A program made the translations under genes and the position numbers. A stretch of 64,000 nt of DNA, from NCBI GenBank assembly GCA_963827805.1, contig CAWHCC010000003.1:491186-555185 (forward strand). The letters run 5' to 3'. Under the pieces are notes generated by a model. That model was not told the DNA's origin. It saw only the letters and a program-made list of their open reading frames with translations, and ran no database searches. Below, piece after piece: positions 58,964 to 64,000 of the stretch (positions within the stretch are counted from its first letter, which is position 1; the number at the start of each line of letters is the position of its first letter). Source of the DNA: an uncultured Chloroflexia bacterium (GTDB lineage: Bacteria; Chloroflexota; Anaerolineae; Anaerolineales; UBA11858).

Positions 58964-59845
58964 TTAACGCCGAACGAATGACCCCATTAATTCAAGGGCT
59001 TGTTTGGCTTCCGGCAAATAGTTGACGATGGGGAAAACGTGGAACATCCTCGGCCAGATATGAAGGTCAATATCCACTCCAGCAGTGCGCGCACGCTCTG
59101 CAAATCGAACCGCATCATCTAAGAGGATCTCCTGATCGCCGACATGGATCATAATGGGCGGCAATCCTGACAAATCAGCATAGAGCGGCGAGATCAGCGG
59201 CATCATTGGATTGTGCTCAGCGCAATACATTTTAGCCGAGCGCCTCAACATGTGTGGATTGCAAATAAAATCTTTTTTTGAATTTACGGCAATTGAATTT
59301 CCCTGAAGTGTTAAATCTGTCCAGGGTGAGAGGCAAATAGCACCGGATGGGAGCGGGTCTCCTAAATCGCGCAAGCTCAACAAAGTTGCCAGAGCCAGAC
59401 CACCACCGGCAGAATCACCAGCAATTATCAGCCGGGCCGGAGCAACTCCCTGTGACAGCAACCAACGATAAGCCACAGTAGCATCATCCAGGGCTGCAGG
59501 AAATGGATTTTCGGGGGCGAGGCGGTAATCGAGCAACAATACCCGAGAACCCGTTGCCAGCCCCAAATGCGATGCAAAAGCCCGATGTGTAACGATAGAT
59601 CCGGTGTAATACGCACCTCCATGCAAATAGAGAAAGACTTTCTCATGATCACACCCTGGGGCAAAAATCCATTCGGCGGGTACATCACCCACATCAACCT
59701 CTTCAAACTCCGTCCCTTTCGGGAAAAAGGCCGACCGCCGGTTGAAATTCTCTTGCTTTTCGCGTTGAACCTGGTAGGGCTGCCGTAACAGCCATGAAAA
59801 ATATGGCCGCAATAATATTTTCGTGAGAACAGCTTGAATGCTCAT
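58964..59845 (-). CDS. Alpha/beta hydrolase (hormone-sensitive-lipase-like esterase, Abhydrolase_3)
   Basis: The oxyanion motif is YLHGGAYYTGS and the nucleophile elbow is GDSAGG. A C-terminal D...H pair (DQEILLDD, MFHVF) is present. Confidence 0.85.
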   Translation of the reverse strand: MSIQAVLTKILLRPYFSWLLRQPYQVQREKQENFNRRSAFFPKGTEFEEVDVGDVPAEWIFAPGCDHEKVFLYLHGGAYYTGSIVTHRAFASHLGLATGSRVLLLDYRLAPENPFPAALDDATVAYRWLLSQGVAPARLIIAGDSAGGGLALATLLSLRDLGDPLPSGAICLSPWTDLTLQGNSIAVNSKKDFICNPHMLRRSAKMYCAEHNPMMPLISPLYADLSGLPPIMIHVGDQEILLDDAVRFAERARTAGVDIDLHIWPRMFHVFPIVNYLPEAKQALELMGSFVRR

Positions 59846-59854
59846 ACAACCTTG

Positions 59855-60667
59855 CTATGCGAAATTCTGACATACTTGAAACAGCTTTTCCACAGCTTTT
59901 TGATCCTCTCCAAAGCGACAGCGTTCTTCTCTTCGATGGGCAAAATATTTTCCGGATTTACCGCTAATACTTGGTTCAGTTGCCAGCCAGACAGGTGTAT
60001 CTGCACCTTGATCGGGAGATTGGGAACCGCCAAATCCTAAATTATTACTCAGTTGGGAGTTCACATCCCCAGGATGGCAGGCATTAATGGTGATACCGGA
60101 ACCTTTCAATCGATTTGCCCAAGCCACCACCAGCATGCGGTTGGCCTGTTTTGATTGGCGGTATGCGGTTCCATTATCATAGCGTCGCCGCTTAAAATCC
60201 AAATCATCTAATTCAAGATCACCTGCCCAATAGCTGGCCACATCGACAATCCTGGCAGGAGGAGAAGAACCTAAAATCTCACGAAAAGCTTCTGTCATCC
60301 AAAAGTATCCGAGGACGTTCGTGGCAAATTGCAACTCGATTCCGTCAGGGGTTTCCTGCCGAGAACGCGGAGTCACTGCCACATTGTTTATTAAAATGTG
60401 CAGCGGCCCCACCCAACGCTGTGCCAATTTTTGGATTTCCACTCGTCGGGAGAGGTCAGCAATTTCATAACCCAAATTTGGATTGTCTGTGGTTTCAAGG
60501 ATCTTTTGGACAGCTTCCTTAGCCTTCTTTTCATTTCGAGCAACAAGGACAACCTTAAAATTCCTTTCTGCAAATTGACGTGCAATTGCTAACCCAATTG
60601 CTCCAGTAGCCCCAGTAACCATTGCAACTTTCAGTTTTGTCAATTCACACACTCCATTTTCCGTCAA
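59855..60667 (-). CDS. SDR-family oxidoreductase
   Basis: It has VTGATGAIGLAIAR (TGxxxGxG), a NNVAV-type motif and a YRQSK catalytic pattern. Confidence 0.85.
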   Translation of the reverse strand: MTENGVCELTKLKVAMVTGATGAIGLAIARQFAERNFKVVLVARNEKKAKEAVQKILETTDNPNLGYEIADLSRRVEIQKLAQRWVGPLHILINNVAVTPRSRQETPDGIELQFATNVLGYFWMTEAFREILGSSPPARIVDVASYWAGDLELDDLDFKRRRYDNGTAYRQSKQANRMLVVAWANRLKGSGITINACHPGDVNSQLSNNLGFGGSQSPDQGADTPVWLATEPSISGKSGKYFAHRREERCRFGEDQKAVEKLFQVCQNFA

Positions 60668-61534
60668 TCATGCAATCCAGCTTACCGAATATTCCGTTAG
60701 GGGATCCGGTGTTTGAATTCCAGGATCATCAATTTTCCAATTTCCAGTCAGCTCTAGCTCTTGGGCAGTCAATTCGAAATGGCACATCGCAATCCCCAAA
60801 TCAACCCGCTGTAGGTCGGCAGTTTTTAGGAACTTTGCCGCACTACTATCCCGATAGCCTAATTTTCGCTGGAGATAAAAATGCCAAGTGTCTCCATCCT
60901 TGATAATGCGCCAGGGCTGCAAATTTGAAGCAGAAGGGGCCAACCGAACCATCTCCAAAGGTGCAGCATAATTACCAGCGGATTGTTTTGAAAGGGGATT
61001 TCCAAACTTTCCTTCAAAAAATAACCAATCCCAAGGGCGGCGTTGATCGGAGCTAGCTTCCTGCCGAATAAATTTATCAAATATCCTGGGTCTTCCAGAG
61101 ATATATCCTACAGAGGTCACTGCAGGGATGATTTCATCTTTTCGGGCTAAAATCTTCTTGGCGAAACGGCTGCGAGCGAAAGAGCCACCTAACCAGCAGG
61201 TACCCAAACCAAGGTCAGTGGCAAATATAATGATTTTCTCCATCAGATAACCGAAATCTTCCATGGATTGGGGACCATCGTCAGTGGCACCAACAATAAA
61301 CCCGGCAGCATTCTTAATAAATCCATAGGTTCCCAAGCCTCGCAAGGCGTTGCTATCCCCATCTGAAGCTGCAATTAGATCAAACCGGACTGGAGAGCCA
61401 AAAGGAGTATTTCTTGCAGTGGAAGCATAAACGGCAAGTTGCTGGTAAATATCTTGCTCTAGTTTTTTTTCTTGATAAGTGCGGCAGGAATATCGCTGTT
61501 GGATGATTTTTTCAATTGGTTGGCTGAGGTTCAT
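60668..61534 (-). CDS. Nitroreductase-family protein
   Basis: RYSCRTYQEK and PSASNLQPWR are characteristic nitroreductase motifs. It abuts the SDR gene start directly. Confidence 0.7.
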   Translation of the reverse strand: MNLSQPIEKIIQQRYSCRTYQEKKLEQDIYQQLAVYASTARNTPFGSPVRFDLIAASDGDSNALRGLGTYGFIKNAAGFIVGATDDGPQSMEDFGYLMEKIIIFATDLGLGTCWLGGSFARSRFAKKILARKDEIIPAVTSVGYISGRPRIFDKFIRQEASSDQRRPWDWLFFEGKFGNPLSKQSAGNYAAPLEMVRLAPSASNLQPWRIIKDGDTWHFYLQRKLGYRDSSAAKFLKTADLQRVDLGIAMCHFELTAQELELTGNWKIDDPGIQTPDPLTEYSVSWIA

Positions 61535-61704
61535 TTTCGGTTCCTATTTGTGATAGTATAACAGCCAAACGATAATTTTTTGAAGTTACGAACTTCGGAA
61601 AAGTTTGGGTAGTAGTCCACCGTTTAATTGCGTAAATCCATATTTTTTAATTAGAAATTTCTTTCTCGTGATCTGATATCACTAACGATACACCGGAAAA
61701 ATTG

Positions 61705-62289
61705 ATGGGAAATTTCAAAGAATTAATCCGAGAATCTAGCTCCAACCACAGGCAGTTATGCCCTCGACAAATTTTGGGGATCCGCATTGGCCTTGCAGGC
61801 GGAAAATTTCTTGGGATGAATTTCCCTCGAAATGACAAAGCCCTATTGATAATTTCAGAAACCGATGGATGTTTTGTCAGCGGCGTGATGGCAGCTACAG
61901 GATGTAGCGTTTGGCACCGAACCCTGAGGATTGAAGACCTCGGAAAAGTGGCAGCCACTTTCATAAAGGTAGATACCGGTCGGGCAATCCGGGTAGCTCC
62001 CCGCTCTGATGTGCGCCAACGAGCATTCGATTTTGCTCCCGGAGAAGCCAACGAGTATCAAGCTCAATTACTTGGGTATCAAATAATGCCAGATGATCAA
62101 CTACTCCGATTTGAGCAGATCTCTTTAAAAATTCCGTTAAGCCAAACAATCAGTCGGCCGCGCACACGCGTCCAATGTGTAAACTGTGGGGAGGAGATCA
62201 TCAACGAACGCGGAATTGCTCAAGGGAGGCATATAATCTGTCGAACTTGTGCAGGATACGGTTATTATAAGAAATGTATTGAAAATTAA
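61705..62289 (+). CDS. FmdE-family protein with C-terminal zinc ribbon
   Basis: CPRQILGIRIGLAGG, ETDGCFVSGVMAATGCSVWHRTLRIEDLGKVAATF and CVNCGEE...CRTCAG are present. Confidence 0.7.
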   Translation: MGNFKELIRESSSNHRQLCPRQILGIRIGLAGGKFLGMNFPRNDKALLIISETDGCFVSGVMAATGCSVWHRTLRIEDLGKVAATFIKVDTGRAIRVAPRSDVRQRAFDFAPGEANEYQAQLLGYQIMPDDQLLRFEQISLKIPLSQTISRPRTRVQCVNCGEEIINERGIAQGRHIICRTCAGYGYYKKCIEN

Positions 62290-62348
62290 GATTTCCCTAA
62301 TTTTCAATACATTTCTGGGAGCAGCAATATTCCAAGATAATCTTTTAT

Positions 62349-64000
62349 TTAATCTGCTTTGCAAAGGATCAGTACATCCTTCGCACCGAGTTGAAGGTTT
62401 CCAGAAATTGTTTTCCCGGTAATCAAATCAAGGTGCTCGCTATTTATCATGATTGAACGTGGGTTGCTTTGATGATTAAGCACAAATAGTAATCGTTTTT
62501 CTCCCTGCCAGCGCTCCGTCACTTCAACACCTGCGCCTGTATCAATGGGAGGTGTAATATGAGCTTCAGAGAGCACCCAATGGGCCAACCGTTCATAAAA
62601 TCTCTCATCACTGCTGAAAACCCCAAGGTAAATTACCTGACCATCACCAAATCGATTACGAGTTATGGCGGGTTGGCCTGCATACTCATCTCGTTGATAA
62701 CGAGCAACGATCTCAGCATCTTGGGGATCTAATACCTCTGCCCAAATGTTTACATTAAAATTTCCTTCAAAGCCGGGCAAATCGAGGTGGATCGTTTCTT
62801 CATCATCTGCGGGCATCGATTTATATTCTTCGACGAACACGCCGCTCATATCAGCCACAAGACCGGGCAATTTCATATTCACAACCGCATTAGCTTCATC
62901 CTTGACCCCTGACCGGGGCGTGAAAACAACGATGCCGCCAACTCGGGCAAACTCCGCAAGGTTTTGGGCTGTGTCTTCGGAGAGCAAATACATACTGGGT
63001 ACGATGACCACCCGGTAACCGGTAAGATCATCCTTTTCGGAAACGATATCCACTCCAATATGCTGGTTAAAGAATTCCTCGATAAAGATCATGTATATGA
63101 GCTTCGTACCCTAGTTGAGAATTATTAGGTTGTGTCTGGAATCCAAAGCGAGTATCGTAGGATTGCATAATTGCAACCTGAGAGAGCATTTCAGAATCTA
63201 AGATTCGTTTCCCAACACGAGCAAGTTCTTCCCCAACCTGGGCAATTTCGCGGTAGCGGCGTCCAGGGATTCCGTGATGGTCCAAAACCCCATGCCAGTA
63301 TTGTTCAGTACCATAGCGGCAAGTGCGCCAGCGGAAGTAGAGCATACCATCAGCGCCATGCGCAATGGCTTGATAAACCCATAAACGCAACTCTCCAGGT
63401 TTGGGAGTATCTCCAATGATTTCCCAACCCGTTGGACCAGCTTGCTGTTCCATAACCCAGAAACTTTTCTTCTTTAGTCCGCGCATAGTGTCATGACCAA
63501 GTGCAGACTGACTGGGATCGATTTCCGCCCTCACATCCCAAAAAACGCGTAAATAGTTATCCCAGGATACAAATTCCAATGGTTCGGCCAAATCATAATA
63601 GTTGATTTTATTGTAACCAAAGCCCATAAAATTATGCGTGATAGGCTGCTCGCAGTGTTTGTGCAAAATCTCGATCTGCATTTGTTGGAAGCGCACATAA
63701 GAGTCGGATGCAAAGCGCTTAAAGTCGAGTGCCAGGCCCGGGTTGTGAGATATATGCTCATACGGGACTGGAATCTGCTTCCAATCTGTGTATACATGAC
63801 TCCAAAAAACGGTGCCCCATTTTTCATTCAATTCATCCAATGTATCGTAACGCTGCTTGAGCCAAACCTGGAATCCACGCCGGCACACTGGACAATAACA
63901 GGGATCACCAAATTCGTTGTCAATTTGCCAGGCGACTACATGGGGGTTGCCCGCATAATGAGTAGCCATCTTCTCGACAATTCGACGCGTGTGCTGCCAA
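62349..64000 (-). CDS. GH42-family beta-galactosidase; 5' end outside window, frameshifted at about 63067-63092
   Basis: VAWQIDNEFG carries the acid/base Glu region, and the zinc-site CYCPVCRRGF and FWVMEQQAGP are present. The trimerisation and C-terminal domains continue in ORF 62349..63092. The frame is open to position 64000. Confidence 0.8.

Overview
This is a bacterial chromosomal window of roughly mid-40s % GC by eye. The taxon cannot be fixed from the sequence alone. I saw no rRNA gene, no canonical tRNA gene and no CRISPR array.

Layout:
- 1-4.6 kb: a NarL-type two-component pair, an Mrp/ApbC Fe-S carrier and an FGE-sulfatase-domain lipoprotein.
- 4.7-24.2 kb: an accessory region saturated with insertion sequences. 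There are at least 11 copies or remnants from about 8 families: an rve-type remnant present twice, IS1182, IS110, ISAs1 x2, IS21 x2, an IS4-like element and IS982. Only three look intact.
- Embedded in that region: a translationally coupled methyltransferase / GH3-like adenylating enzyme / membrane GAF-HD-GYP operon.
- 18.8-20.8 kb: the most interesting element. It is a two-gene cassette encoding a stand-alone TIR protein and a ParA/MinD-like ATPase with a deviant KGGVGR Walker A fused to a second TIR domain. This is a candidate uncharacterised NAD-targeting conflict or defence system.
- 24.4-30.6 kb: a MalT-like STAND/LuxR regulator and an ABC-2 exporter.
- 32.9-49.5 kb: a carbohydrate-utilisation cluster with ROK kinase and regulator, three Gfo/Idh/MocA dehydrogenases, two TIM-barrel isomerase/eliminase-like proteins, DeoC, a CUT2-type ABC importer with a tandemly duplicated and fused binding protein, a GntR regulator and a URO-D-like protein.
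- 49.7-64 kb: miscellaneous genes, including SUI1/YciH, MscS, a ~940-aa CSLREA/beta-helix/Calx-beta surface protein, an arginase-family protein, a Zn-ADH, an SDR, a nitroreductase, FmdE-like and a GH42 beta-galactosidase.

Two further points stand out:
- A ~50-nt tRNA-3'-end-like module, each copy followed by a terminator, occurs twice in direct orientation (about 10.97 and 32.65 kb) and brackets the accessory segment.
- About ten non-IS genes carry single frameshifts.
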